From contig NC_042997.1 in the NCBI RefSeq assembly GCF_006345805.1, positions 148,304,001-148,368,000 of the forward strand: a stretch of DNA of 64,000 nt, written 5' to 3'. This document shows positions 14,444 through 28,006 of the stretch, piece after piece. The notes under the pieces are model-generated. The model had not been told where the DNA came from, made no database searches, and saw only the letters and a program-made list of their open reading frames with translations. Each line of letters begins with the position of its first letter. Position 1 is the first letter of the stretch. The stretch is from Octopus sinensis. Taxonomy: Eukaryota. Both the position numbers and the translations under genes were made by a program.

Positions 14444-15461
14444 AGGCTTGGAGAACTTTGTTGGATAGAATAAGGCAGTTCGATCGTTCACTGAGTGCAT
14501 TATCGAGATTTGATAATAACAATATAAATTATTTAAAGCTTTAAGAAAATTACGGCTTTATGAATCATCATTACCAATATTAAATTCATTGACATTTTGC
14601 TAAACACTATGTCGCTGTATATAAGAGTGTGACCATTACGTGTTTGCATACACATATAAATTGCGGCAGTTGGTGATTAGGTCCAAAAGTTATAATTTTT
14701 TCCGAAAATCGGCCATTTGGGGAATTAAAAACATTATTTCTGCAGAGAAGAAATACCATTAGGTCTTTAGTGTGACAAGTAATAGTTTGTAGACCATTTC
14801 TGTCTAACGATGACAAAGACAATTTGCAATATACCTGTTTGTATTTTTCAGACTCACATTGCATGCATACATGATTTTAATTCGCTTCGGATTTTCATTC
14901 AGAAAATGTTGGTAAATTCGATGTAGCATTTACACTGGACATTAGTATTTTTATAGTTGAGTTTTATATATGTTTACCTGGCAGTATTCTGTGTAATTTC
15001 AACAGAGAGGATGAAATATAAATATCTGGTGTAACACATGTACATACAAAACTACATTCAGTTATCAACATGTTAATATTGTGTACGATCTCTTTATAGT
15101 ATTAAGAATCGAAGATATGTTTTCTAATTGCATTTCCTCTTCACTTCCCAATAAACCAACAAGTGTTTGCATTGGTAAAGGTTAAAGATCCTCAAAAGCA
15201 TATATTTATCGACTACAATTGAAGCAGAATTAAAATGTTGTAATTTGCAATGGATTGTGTGCAATATGTCATAGTATAGAAATAAATATAAATGAATGCC
15301 ATTGTATGGATTCTACATTTTCAAGCATTTCAGTATGATTGTTACACTTGAAGTCATAAGTCTTAAGCAAGAGCAGTTTTTGTCTATATATCTGTGGACA
15401 GTTAAGCAGAAAGAATTCATATATATATATGTGTGTGTGTGTGCGTGCATGCATATATATG

Positions 15462-15532
<71 letters not shown>

Positions 15533-15557
15533 GTATATATATATACATGTATATATA

Positions 15558-15661
<104 letters not shown>

Positions 15662-15672
15662 TGCGCATGTGA

Positions 15673-16000
15673 AGGCGCATGGCTCAGTGGTTAGAGCGTC
15701 GAGCTTACGATCGTGAGGTTGTGAGCTCTAATCCCGGACCGGGCTGCGTGTTGTGTTCTCGAGCAAGGCACTTTATTTCACGTTGCTCCAGTTCACTCGG
15801 CTGTAGAAATGAGTTGCGACGTCACTGGTGCCAAGCTGTATCGACCTTTGTCTTTCCCTTGGATAACACTGGTGGCTTGGAGAGGGGAGGCTGGTATGCA
15901 TGGGCGACTGCTGGCCTTCCATAAACAACCTTGCCCGGACTTGTGTCTAGGACGGTAACTTTCTAGGTGCAATCCCATGGTCATTCATGACCGAAGGGGG
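15673..16000 (+). mobile_element. Full-length tRNA-derived SINE
   Basis: A box tggctcagtgg and degenerate B box gagctctaatcc, then the central ctcgagcaaggcactttatttcacgttgctccagttcactcggctgtagaaatg domain; inserted next to (TA)n. Confidence 0.9.
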
Positions 16001-16021
16001 TCTTTTTTATACATATATGCC

Positions 16022-16094
<73 letters not shown>

Positions 16095-16275
16095 AGTGCT
16101 TTTGTATGTGTGTATGTGTGTGTGTGCGAGTGTTTATAAATCTACGAATCAAATTCAAATACTGGTTTTGGGCCAGCATCCGGAATTTATCACACATCAC
16201 CCTGTAGCAGATATTGGTTGTGGTTTTCTTAGTAAATTGAAAAATATCCTAATATCACATTCTCACACAAACACG

Positions 16276-16321
<46 letters not shown>

Positions 16322-17519
16322 AACAAACACAAATACATACATGTACACACATATTCACACTCACGTACACACATACACTCATACTTTTGTACCTCTTGTG
16401 TGAAATACCTTTTCACACAGACACGTATATCCAAGTTACTCTTTGAAAAGGCCATTATGGGAAATCTGCCTTCTAATCGATGTATCTATCGTAACAGATG
16501 ACAATAAATCAAAACGTGAAACTATCCAAATATACGGATTCGGAATTGAGATAACAAGAGTGTGTTTATGAAAACATAAATGGTTGAGATATCAAAGAAA
16601 AAATGCAGAGAAATATTCAAAAGATATGTAGAACATGTACATCAGCGGTATATGAATCCCATGCAAACATACGCTGCAGGCTTGTATATTTAAATAATGT
16701 AATACTAATAACACTCTAAAATGTTTGCAGTCAGATTAAGCCATTGAAAATGACATGGTTAGGTGGCAAAATATTCTAACAAACCAATCATGAATTGATT
16801 ATTTAATTAATTATTTAATTAACCAGAACGAAATGAATTACAATTAGAGCTGGCATTTTGATTGAAAGAATGACTCATACAAATTACATAGAAAGTGTTT
16901 TTTTAGAAATAGTATTAAATATAAAATTAAACAAAGTTTTAATAACAAATAACCGTAATGAATTTATATTAATAATATGGCGATTATATTCAAATGCTTC
17001 AGCGTTTCTGTAGAATAACGTTTGCATCAAAATTGGTGAGGAAACCGTATCTTGGTATGAAATAGCATTTTGGAGAAAAAAATTTATGATGAATCTCAAT
17101 AAGAAGCATCATATATTTCTATGATTAAACATTCCCTCTAAAATATTTCAATTTACCATTCATATTTCGTCCTTCTTTCAACTGTGTATTAATTATTCAA
17201 ATTTATAATAAGCTGTAAATATATAGCATAATTTATTCCGGATTTTGTTGTCGACAATATTAGCAACAGCGTTATTTTTAGATTACAATATTTCAGGTCA
17301 AAGATGAAAACCATTTTTACAGTATAATTAATTATGAAAGCAAAAACAAATTTGAATTTCTTTTATCATATCAAAAACACAAAAATAAGATAATAACATT
17401 ATGTTAGTCATATAATTTTTTTTTGAAAAATGATTGGGAAAAAATCCAAAATGCTTAAAGGCAAAATCATTTGTGAATCTATGTTAATACTTTTTCTTAA
17501 TTTAGAGATGTATATATAT

Positions 17520-17576
<57 letters not shown>

Positions 17577-17912
17577 ACATGTGTATGTGTATATACATAT
17601 ATATATATATGTCAGTCATACGTCCATGTATGTGTATATATACATATATCTTAGAACATAGTCCCTCCAGTGGTTTCGGGGTAATCGACAACGATCAAAC
17701 TCCAAGCATCCAGACTGTACGCTTTTTATTAACTCCGGTGTCGGGCTGACTTCAATCGGGTAATATAAATCCTGAACACGCCGTGCCATATCTTCCCTGA
17801 TTTTCCTCTCGATATTTCCCCATCTAGTGTCCAACCCATCTCTTTCTCTCTCTCTCTCTCACTCTCTCGGTGTATATATATATGGATGTACACATGTACA
17901 CGTACGTACAGC

Positions 17913-17961
<49 letters not shown>

Positions 17962-18917
17962 AAACACACATGTACATATGTACATTGAAATACATCCATT
18001 GTTTCTACATGGTCTACGCTTATATTGGCCAGTTAATACTAAGAAATTTTCAACCTCAATACACCGATCCGAAGCAACATATACATAATAATTTTCTTAA
18101 GTATATCATTACAAAAAAACAACACCAAAAAACTCGGTTTTATCGATAAAGGAAATAAGTGTCGCGTTATATAAACAAATTCTCCCATAGACCCTTTTCT
18201 GTAATAATGATATATGTCAGCAAACCTTGTAACATCCGACAAGTCAATATTCAACAACGCTGTAGCAGTTTGATTGAATACCTAAATGCGATGATGCTCA
18301 AATAGTTCTTTGCACTAAGCGAAAGGAACGAACCAAAGATCATACGATAGCAGAAACAATAAACCTCGTCTTGGGTCAAGTCTCGCTTGAGATACGTTCA
18401 AATAAGCGGAGGATATAGGAAAAGCGCACTTAAACCAATTAAAAAACACTTACCGATCGACCATAACAGAAATAATTCAACCAGGAAAACACAACATTAG
18501 CCACAGATTCAAAAGGAAACAAAACACGCATCCATCAATGCGATAAACAATATATCTAAAATCCCAGGTCTACTGAGAAAACCGATGCAAAGGCAAAAGA
18601 TCAAAACCAAGTCTTTTAATTGGAAATTATATTAGAGTTGGAGTAATCTCGAAAGCAACTATGTTGCAAAGCGGCAAAACCTACTAAAGAACACGTAGAA
18701 GATTGTGAAATGTACTGGTCAAAATCAGATAAACAAGAAAAACCACAGCATTTGCATGAGGCAGGAAACATTTTCGAAAGTGTTTTCGTCATTATCAGAG
18801 AGAAATAGCTTACATGTAGGTTTTTCAAAGTAAAAACTTCCACATCTTTACAAAAGTTATAGGGATATGCGATGTGCTTTGCAGATAATATATTTATAAA
18901 AATTCCTTTTACTACAG

Positions 18918-19118
18918 GCACAGGGCTTGAAATTTGGGGGAGAGCAATATTCGATTACATCAACCCCAGGACACAACAGATTAATTAATTTACCGACTCG
19001 AAAATGGGGACTTGCAAGGTCGACTTCGGCGGAATTTGAACTCAAAACATGAAGATTGACGAAGTAACGCTAAGCATTTCGAAGAGATCGCAAACGAGTC
19101 TGCCAGCTCATTTGCCTG
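18918..19118 (-). mobile_element. tRNA-derived SINE, degenerate
   Basis: aaggtcgacttcggcggaatttgaactcaaaacatgaagattgacgaagtaacgctaagcatttc...ctgccagctc; same family as 5612-5803. Confidence 0.8.
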
Positions 19119-19292
19119 ACTAAAACCATAAAAAGAACAAAAGGATAACAGAATATCTAAACATACACTCAGAAACACGCACACACACACAGACACACGC
19201 ACGCACACACACATACACACACACATATATGTATGTATGTCTGTGTATCTGTATATATATATATATCTATATATCTATATCTATATCTATAT

Positions 19293-19352
<60 letters not shown>

Positions 19353-21039
19353 ACACATATATATATATATTTATATATATGTATGTATGTATATATGTAT
19401 ATAATTATGTTTGTTTCTCTGTGTGTGACTATGTGTGCATGCGGTTTGTTGTGCTTGAGAAGACGCGTCAAGCTATGCAAAGTTTTGATCGTCTTTGCAT
19501 ACGTGCATGTCCTCTTCATCTACCTATATACATTTCAAAATTTTGCTTCACCACATACCGAAAATTTAGAAATAGCAGCCAAATGAGCGCTATTTCTTTT
19601 TCTACAAAATATGTCTCGTCAGATAACAATATTTGTTACTCACATAGGTAAAAAGAAGAAAAATAATGAAATCAAACAGTCTTCATTTAATTATGGACGC
19701 ATTTCTGGATTTCCTTTGTCAACATAATATTTCGAGAATTATAAATTTGAAAATGCTAGGAAAACTTACCCTTTGCATTTCTGATCAAGCGTCATCAGGA
19801 CATAACACAAGGTAGTCAGCAAATCCAAACTTATATAGACAAGTGAATTCGTATTTCTCTCCAAGTTTAGTCACGTCCCTATCGAGTGTTACTGGTAATA
19901 TGTGAACCCCTAACTGTCGCAAGGTCGGGTCGTCGATGATTAAACCGACAACCTCATGGATCTTTTTTGCTAGTAGGGACATCTAGACACTCCGCGAGAT
20001 GAAAACCAAAACCTGTCAAAAGGGCGCAGGAACTCGTAAGAATGAACAGCCATCCAATAATATGTAGTTAATCTCAATGATAAAAAGTCACAAGCCAGCG
20101 TCACGGCTAAATCATGGTGAGCAGCTTGGCGGATATGCTATTGGCCATATTGATCTTCATTCGGTGAAACTACACGACACAGTCTGGGTAGTTTAGATAC
20201 TGCAGCCAATGATCAGTCTAGGATCAACCAATTCTCTTAGGGGATTGCTACCAGTTGATAGAACCAACGCTTCATCTCACTTTAACTACTTGAATACACT
20301 ATGGAGTTCTTGAAACTCATAGTTTCACCAATTGAACTTGGATGATTGGTAGCAACAGTATATATGTGTGCTTATTTCTGTGCATATTGCATGTAATTAT
20401 TTATGCTTATATGCATATGTAATTTTGTATCAACGGGATGAGTACATAAACATGAAATTCTGGCAAGGAAAAGTAGAAAGGAAAAGGTAGCACATATAAT
20501 GCACGGGTAAATTATTTTGTATTTTGAAAACAAAGATAAATCTGCCTTTGGTGGTTGGATCACTGAAGCTAATTTGTACCACCATCTTCTGGATAGACTG
20601 AAGAGAACTGCTTAGAAGTTTTAATGCTCAGTACTTCTCGTGTGGCATTCCCAATTTGTAATAACACATCATGCTATTTGTCTTCTGCACTACACAGGTG
20701 GATTCAATGGAGAGACTGTGCGTGTGATTATGGCTGAGTTTTCCTTCCTCTTATAGTTTTGTAAGAGAAAACATTAAACCCACATAACATTTCATCCAAC
20801 GAGGAAAAACTGAAATCACTAAGTTAAGGACAGACAAGATTTACAGATCCATTCACAGGCCCAAAAATTTGGTGGGACGTTGATTCATCAGGAAACTGCA
20901 AAGGGAGATACACCTACTGGAATCATCAGAAGATTCGTGCAGTATTCTGGAAATTACAGCTAGAAATTGGTAATTCCTGCACCAAAACTACTGATACAGC
21001 ATTATGATGGTGAAGTAGGTCAATTTTTCAACAGCAGAA

Positions 21040-21330
21040 GTTTATCGTGTATAAACGGTACAGGTTTTGCGCAAAAGACAATAGGTGCATTGGAATGAGG
21101 CATTCAAGTGATTACTGTTTTTGAGAGAACCATAAAGCATCAATTTGGGAAAATCATTTTCACACCAGAGTTCTGCCGGTGAGCACTTGATATCTTCATA
21201 TAGACTTAGAAGATCCACGTTGCAGCTATATGGAACAACTTTTAGTACCCTGAAACACATGTTCACCGGGCGCTCCAGGTTAGTGTGAGAAGGCTGATAA
21301 AAGCGGATCAGCAACAAGGTACATATACAA
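21040..21330 (-). mobile_element. Possible RTE LINE C-terminal relic
   Basis: ORF segment ELWCENDFPKLMLYGSLKN resembles the RTE C-terminal RxPKQLLYGEL motif; weak. Confidence 0.3.
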
Positions 21331-21761
21331 ATAGCTATTATAACGGACCATCATAGAGTCCAGGGCAACAAGTAGCACTCATGACCACACAAAGCCCTCG
21401 AATATTTAACAAATTTTATATGACTGCTGACGGAAAATCAGCTATTTGCAACCTGTTTACTATTTCATATCACACATCTCGCTGGATATGCAAATGAACC
21501 TCAAATGTTGACTCATCCTTGCGGAAGGAGCGTCAATAATATCATTGCAACTAGAAAAGTTCCTTGTATCTAGAAGCATAAAACGATCATTGAGGCTCAA
21601 CTTGCATTACTTCGGGAAGATAAATTTGACATTTATCACTATCTGAAGAAAGACAAATATCAGTTGATGAATCATTCGTCAAATATCAGCATGAGATCTT
21701 ATTTTCTATTCAAGTCAGTTGCCACGTTTTCCCAGCCGGATCAGTATGTGTGTGTGTGGTT

Positions 21762-21792
<31 letters not shown>

Positions 21793-23436
21793 ATTGTGTG
21801 TGTGTGTGTGTGTGTTTGAGTACCTTTGCACAAAAAATACTCGAATAATATTCCAGTTCCAAGTATGTTATATCACGAAAGTATTCAATAGTCCAGAGGA
21901 AAAAAAAAAAAACAGGGATCTGTGTATGTTTGAATAAATCTCTATGGTCAATATCGATCTCGCTTTATTGCGCCTTCTTTTGTGATTCTGAAATATTTTT
22001 TAAAATATATTTCTGCTAGGTATATAACAATATTGTACCATTTTTGTATATCAGTTTGTAATCTGTAACTTTATATGAACGTGTTGAAATCTTTTTATTT
22101 CAAAAGAGTGATTTATTTTTAAAGGATAGTTTGTGATTTCTCCGACGGAGGTATTTTTGATAGAACATGGAAGGTGGCTGTAATGAACACTAATATCGTG
22201 ATTATTTTGATCTTCCCAGAATACATATTGAGAAATAGGTTTTCATGCGACATTAACATTGTGGGTGTATAATCGATAATCATAAACACTGCCTGATTTT
22301 TCATACGTTCAATAGACGTCAATTACAGAAAATTGGGTGTACCCCAAACTCCACGACCCTACAGTAAATAGCCACAGAAATTCTAACATTGAACGCAAAA
22401 GAAAGAAAATATGACTTGCGATTCAGCTTGTTTGGCTTTCAGAGTTTTTTTCTCAAGTTTGACAAAGATTAACGGCTGCCATTTATGTTTGATCAATATT
22501 TGGTTTCGCAGTTGGAACTAAATTTTTGAAAATATAATCCGTGATCAACTCACGATAGTTTGTCTCTTGATCTAAATATCAACACGCACAATTAATGTAT
22601 AATGCAGAGAACACGCATAGAAAAAGAAGTAAGCAGGGGAGACGGAGAAAAAGAGTAAGCGATCGAGAGAGAATATTAAAGAGAAAACTATATAGAAAGA
22701 CATACAAACAAAGAGAGAGAGTGAAAGAAAGACTCTGAAAGAGAACTATAAAAAGAAAGAAAAAAAAACAATGATAGAATAATAGTATTCAAACGAATCA
22801 ACAAAAATAAAAGGAATAATGTAATCATATTTCGAGCATATTAGATCAAACTGCTTCAGTTGAAAAACATCCAACTATGGAATTTCTCCTTGAAATATCA
22901 GTTTCAATATTTGTTGGCAGGAACCGTTGTGAATATGTTTGTATTTTATTATTCCAATCGCTTCTCTTCGTGTATTGGTGTTTACGTTTGTCTATATAAG
23001 ACGCAAGGTATTCTTCTCTTAAGAGCTAATATTTCAGTGTTTAGAGAGAATACTAATTTTAATAGTTAATGTAAATGATATAGCTTCTCCATCACTGTTT
23101 TCTCCCGCACTTATTTATTTTTTTCACGTTTAGGAACATACAATAATGGACATTATTGCCTCAGAGTCAGTATGAAATCAATAACACAAGGGTAGAAATA
23201 AAACAGATGCATAAAGCCGCACAGGCACGCGAACACAACTATATTTGCAGTTATGTTCTCTGTCTTATTTAATGTTCTCTATGTAAAAGGGAATGGTTTA
23301 TAGCAAAAAAAAAAGAAAAAAAAAGACGATGATCCATAAACAAATTTTAGAAGAACGTGTCAGGATTTTCTTACACACACACGTACGCACATATATATAT
23401 ATCTATGTATCATCCTCTCTCTTCTCTCTCTCTCTC

Positions 23437-23487
<51 letters not shown>

Positions 23488-25974
23488 GCCTTATTTTCAG
23501 TTTTACATTTATATATTCAAAGTTTAATTTGTAGCATACGTGTCACCCTCCCTCTTTGCATCGAAATACCGACCTTTTGAAAGTCAGTCCTGGTAGCTAT
23601 CTTTCGTAGAATGTCTACGAGGGACAATGCTTACCAATGATCATCTGTATTCTGGGTTCAGGATTGTATATTCCAAAACATGTATCAGAAATATTCTCTA
23701 AGTCACAAATTTTAAATACTGCTTACATCTTCTACTTCGCTGACCTTTATAAAAGTATATATATTGTTTGCATTCTGTCGCAGAAAAAACTAAGGTTCAA
23801 CTATTGCCATTGCATTTATTTTGTATTTTGATCTGAATTTGACTTAACGGTATTCTCAATGGATCAATGTATTCAGCGCCAGAATTTATTTAATACGGCA
23901 CAGCTCTTCACAAGGAAGGCATTTTGTACAATCTTCTTAACTCCAGATATAGAAGCAGCTCTAGTTTTACGGCATAAAAGAATTTGAGGCTCGATCAGTT
24001 TTGAAATAATATGAGATGCGCATACGATCGAATGGACGCAGAGAGAGAAAGAGTTAGATAGATAATTGTACAGTTAAGAGAATAGAAAATTCTCAAAACA
24101 ATTTAATGAGACATGTGCCCCTCAAAAACACTTGAATGTTTGGACACTAGTTGGTTCAGATAATTAGAATGGTAGAAAATTCATCATATATACCCGCAGT
24201 TTAAATATAGAACAAACAAGAGGGTCAACATGTGCAATAAAAATTAAAATCATGGCGATCAAGCTATAAGCCTTCTCATCGTGTTACCTTTATGGTTATA
24301 TATTTTTTTACCTGCAAATTTTATTAAGCACTTCCAGCTTTGTTGAATCATATCGTTGTCTTCCATCACCGAGATCTGGACCCGCGGTCGGCAAGAAGAG
24401 GAAAGTACCAGTCTTTAAACCCAGCACTGACTACTATATATCTGAACAAAGAATGGATGTTCGGTGGTCCTAAGGAAGTCCAATGTGTTCAAAGTAGTTT
24501 TGAACTCTGGTGCGATAATGAACCCTTGAGCTGATGCAAAGTGCGTGCTGAGAAAAATGATTTGGAGAAAAAACTAAGATTATTAAGGCAAGAAAAGGAC
24601 TTAAGAGAATAGGAAAAGAAGATTTCAGTCAGTATAAATGGAAACCTTGCTTGGTGAAATTCAGGTAAGAGATTTTACGTACCTTCGTTTATTGAGTGTC
24701 AGAACACATTGATACGAAACGTGGCTACGACGTAAGCAATGAGATTTGATAAACTACTTCCGATTAGAGAAAAATAATAAGTATGATTTATTTATTAATA
24801 GGTGGTTGATGACTTCATGTTTGTACTGAAGTCCATAGACGCTTTCTTAAAAGAAAACAAAAGGAATTACTATATTTTATGTTTTAAAAATATATTGTAT
24901 TATTTGTGCTTTGATTTCAGTCGAATAGATATACTCATTCATGGCTAGCCAGGCTATTACGCGATCATATAGAACCCAGTATTTAACTTGATTCTTTATC
25001 TATCTTTATATAATTATATCTAAGTACATCTTACATGCATGTGTGTCCTATAGCGTTAATGTATTTCATGCGAGTGTGTATGTATTTCTTTGATTTGATA
25101 TTTCAAATTGATAATTGCAAGTCCTCAGTTCTTTATCCTATTCATAATTCATTTCTATTAATGGCTTTACGAGTGACATTTTATTGGCCCCTTTCAGGTT
25201 TCTTCTGTCAAAACACATTTTATATTACTTTCGAAAAGTGCACAATATTTCTGGATATTTGTCAAAGTAATTGTAGCAGAGATGTTAAGACACAATAATT
25301 CCATAGTTTTCAATATTCTGTCTCTCTCTTTAATTATATAATTTTTCTTCTATAAAGTTTACATTATTTCACATATTTCAAGATGAATTATATATCTTCA
25401 TACCTAAATACATACTTACAATAATTTACTTCTATTTTCCATTTTAAATTTGCATCGTTTGTATATGTTTCTTCCAAGCTATTTTAGAATACCATCAGGA
25501 TTTAAACGTATAATCTATCTCTCCTCTTCTGTCCTTTACGTCGGGTACAATAATGTTAAGTATGATATATGTGTGATATTGTTTATCATTACGACTATCG
25601 AATACTATTAATACTACGGATTGCATCCACACATAGATGCTATATCGGAGGAAGTTTACACACACTTCCGTCATTAAATTCTACCTTGTTCCTATACAGA
25701 TTGATTCAATTATTCTGACTACAGTCTATTGTTTGAAGGAACCTGTGAGACATCTCTACTAGATGACAAAACATATCTAGTACTTCGACAAAGGATGGGT
25801 GAACAGCCATCTTGCTATTGTTGTGATTTGATTTCAGAATGTAATAGGCCAGAACTAAATACCACGATACAATTTATCTGACACTAATGAGTCTGCCTAT
25901 CTACCACAATTCAAATATATAGTCAGGATCTTTAGCTAGACACAATTTTATGTATTTTATGTATGGATATACCC

Positions 25975-27035
25975 CTGCACGTCTAGCAACGTCATCCACT
26001 GCATCTTCTGCTCTGTCTGTTCTTCTCTATACATCGGTCAAATATGACGCCTCTTGGCTGGCCGGTCCGCGCCATTTCTGCTCTACCGGTCACTCTTCGT
26101 AACCCCTGTCTGTGTTCGAATTGTCCTTGCACCGGGTCTATCCAGACTCCCATCTTCGCCATGAGCAGGGATTAATCTTCTTTCTTCGCTCCTTTGCGCT
26201 GCAAGAGGGGAGGCTCAACTCACGTCTTCTCTTCATCTAACTCCCTCCTCTCTTCATCTAACTCCTTGCTCTCTCCTCTCTTCATCTAACCCCCTCCTCT
26301 CTCCTCTCTTCATCTCACACGTACTACCTCGCACCCACCTCTCCTCTCTTACTCTGGCAGCTACTTCCTCTCTTCACTCCTGCCCACCTTCTCCCTTCCA
26401 CCCTCTCCCTTCATCGTCACCTACTCTCTCGTTACCCCACCCATACACATTCCAACCGCACCATCTCTACACATATCATCCCACCCCATCCCATCCCTTA
26501 GACCCCATCCTTGCTTCGCGCACTCTCACCTCCCCCACACCCCAACACAACTACACTGCCAACCACCATCACCACCCACCACCACCCACACCATACACCA
26601 TCGCCCCACACCACACACCCTCATACCACACCAAACCAAACCACATCACGCCATCTCGCACACACTAGCACTGCCCACTTCCCAGCACCTACACCAGCGC
26701 ACTCACTAGTACTGATCACTTCCCAGTATCTACACCATCATCCATACACCTATACATGCACACACGCACACGCCAATGTCACCAGACCCCTACCACACGC
26801 ACATTCACGCTCTGACATACACACGCACGCGCACCTTGGCTTTCGTTCACCACTACTTTATTATTTCCCCTTCTTCCTAGCTCTCCTGTGTGTTCCCTCT
26901 GTCCGGCATTCGACATGGTAGATCTTTAGCCATTAAACCTTTTTCTATTTTCTCTCCCTGTTTATTTCTGTGTTCCTTTCTGTCGAAGAGCGTAGGCTCT
27001 AAACGTAAAATACTTTCTCACTTCCCGAGCGTACC
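25975..27035 (+). mobile_element. 5'-truncated Penelope-like element: GIY-YIG remnant, C-rich and CA-rich 3' region, terminal repeat with hammerhead-like motif
   Basis: CTSSNVIHCIFCSVCSSLYIGQI*RLLAGR...LSVFELSLHRVYPDSHLRHEQGLIFFLRSF (25976-26240); 26600-27030 is homologous to the reverse complement of 49420-49800; cttt-CTGTCGA-a-gagc-gtag-gctc-tAAA-CGTA at 26976-27007. Confidence 0.85.
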
Positions 27036-27356
27036 AAAATTTGAAACCGATATTATGTAAATGTTGTAACAAAGCAGGAAATTACCACTTGTACATATCT
27101 ATATACGTTCCTTGAAATTGTTTTCATTGTAAATACATTTCAATACACAAATAAACGGAAGGACACTTTAGACAAAATCTCCACATGTTACGCGGAAACT
27201 ATCTATGCCCGAGCACATACAGTTATAGAATTAAAGCAATATTAAAGAAAATAAATCTCTTGCTGTGAGTAACGTTCAATTTAATCACGATTAATTTGCT
27301 GAAACTTTCAAAGAATATCACCATGCGTGTACCCCACCCATATATACATACCTAAG

Positions 27357-27387
<31 letters not shown>

Positions 27388-27389
27388 TC

Positions 27390-27420
<31 letters not shown>

Positions 27421-27454
27421 TGTATGTATGTATGTATGTATGTATGTATGTATG

Positions 27455-27510
<56 letters not shown>

Positions 27511-28006
27511 ACATTATTTAAGTTCAATTCGATTAAATATATTACTTGCTTGTTAACAGTTAACATTATGTTTCAATTCTATGCTCTAGAACAGTATATT
27601 TACGTTTAGTTCGTAAACAACATTATACGTATACGTAAATACAAACAACTTGTCCGAAAACACACTATATAAAATATCACTCGCTTGTTACTTTCAAATA
27701 CTGGAATATTTACCCTCCTGTTTGTAGAATTGCAAATTGGAAAAAAGCGTTTTTCTAAATGTATTTACTACATTCCCCTTGTAATTTGCATATAGTGAGA
27801 GATACATGGTTTTGGAAAGTTTTATTCTGGTTACATATTGTACCCTAACTTTTAACATACATATTTTGCATGCATATTCGGGTATGTTTACTGAACCACA
27901 TTATCATTGTTTTTCCTTTAAAGATAATAAGGTATGGGAATTTTGAATATATATAACAGCTTTTGTGATGTCTTTGCAGCTTTATTAATAAAGTATATAT
28001 ATATAT

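Noticed and set aside
15673-15745. tRNA-like sequences here and at 50170-50240, 60535-60590 and 61745-61800
   Set aside because: They are SINE heads (continuing into SINE bodies) or degenerate; no proper cloverleaf with acceptor stem.
19761-19812. Minus-strand CTGATGA...GAAA near a GTAAGT donor-like site
   Set aside because: No stem II pairing, no NUH after a paired stem III and no stem I; the adjoining frames do not give a convincing exon.
19880-20340. GC-richer segments resembling LINE 5' UTR or SINE parts
   Set aside because: Family not identifiable by eye; no ribozyme or coding motif supported.
26228-26320. Short direct repeats (ctcttcatctaac...) with variable spacers
   Set aside because: Local slippage duplications at the Penelope stop codon in eukaryotic DNA; not a CRISPR array.
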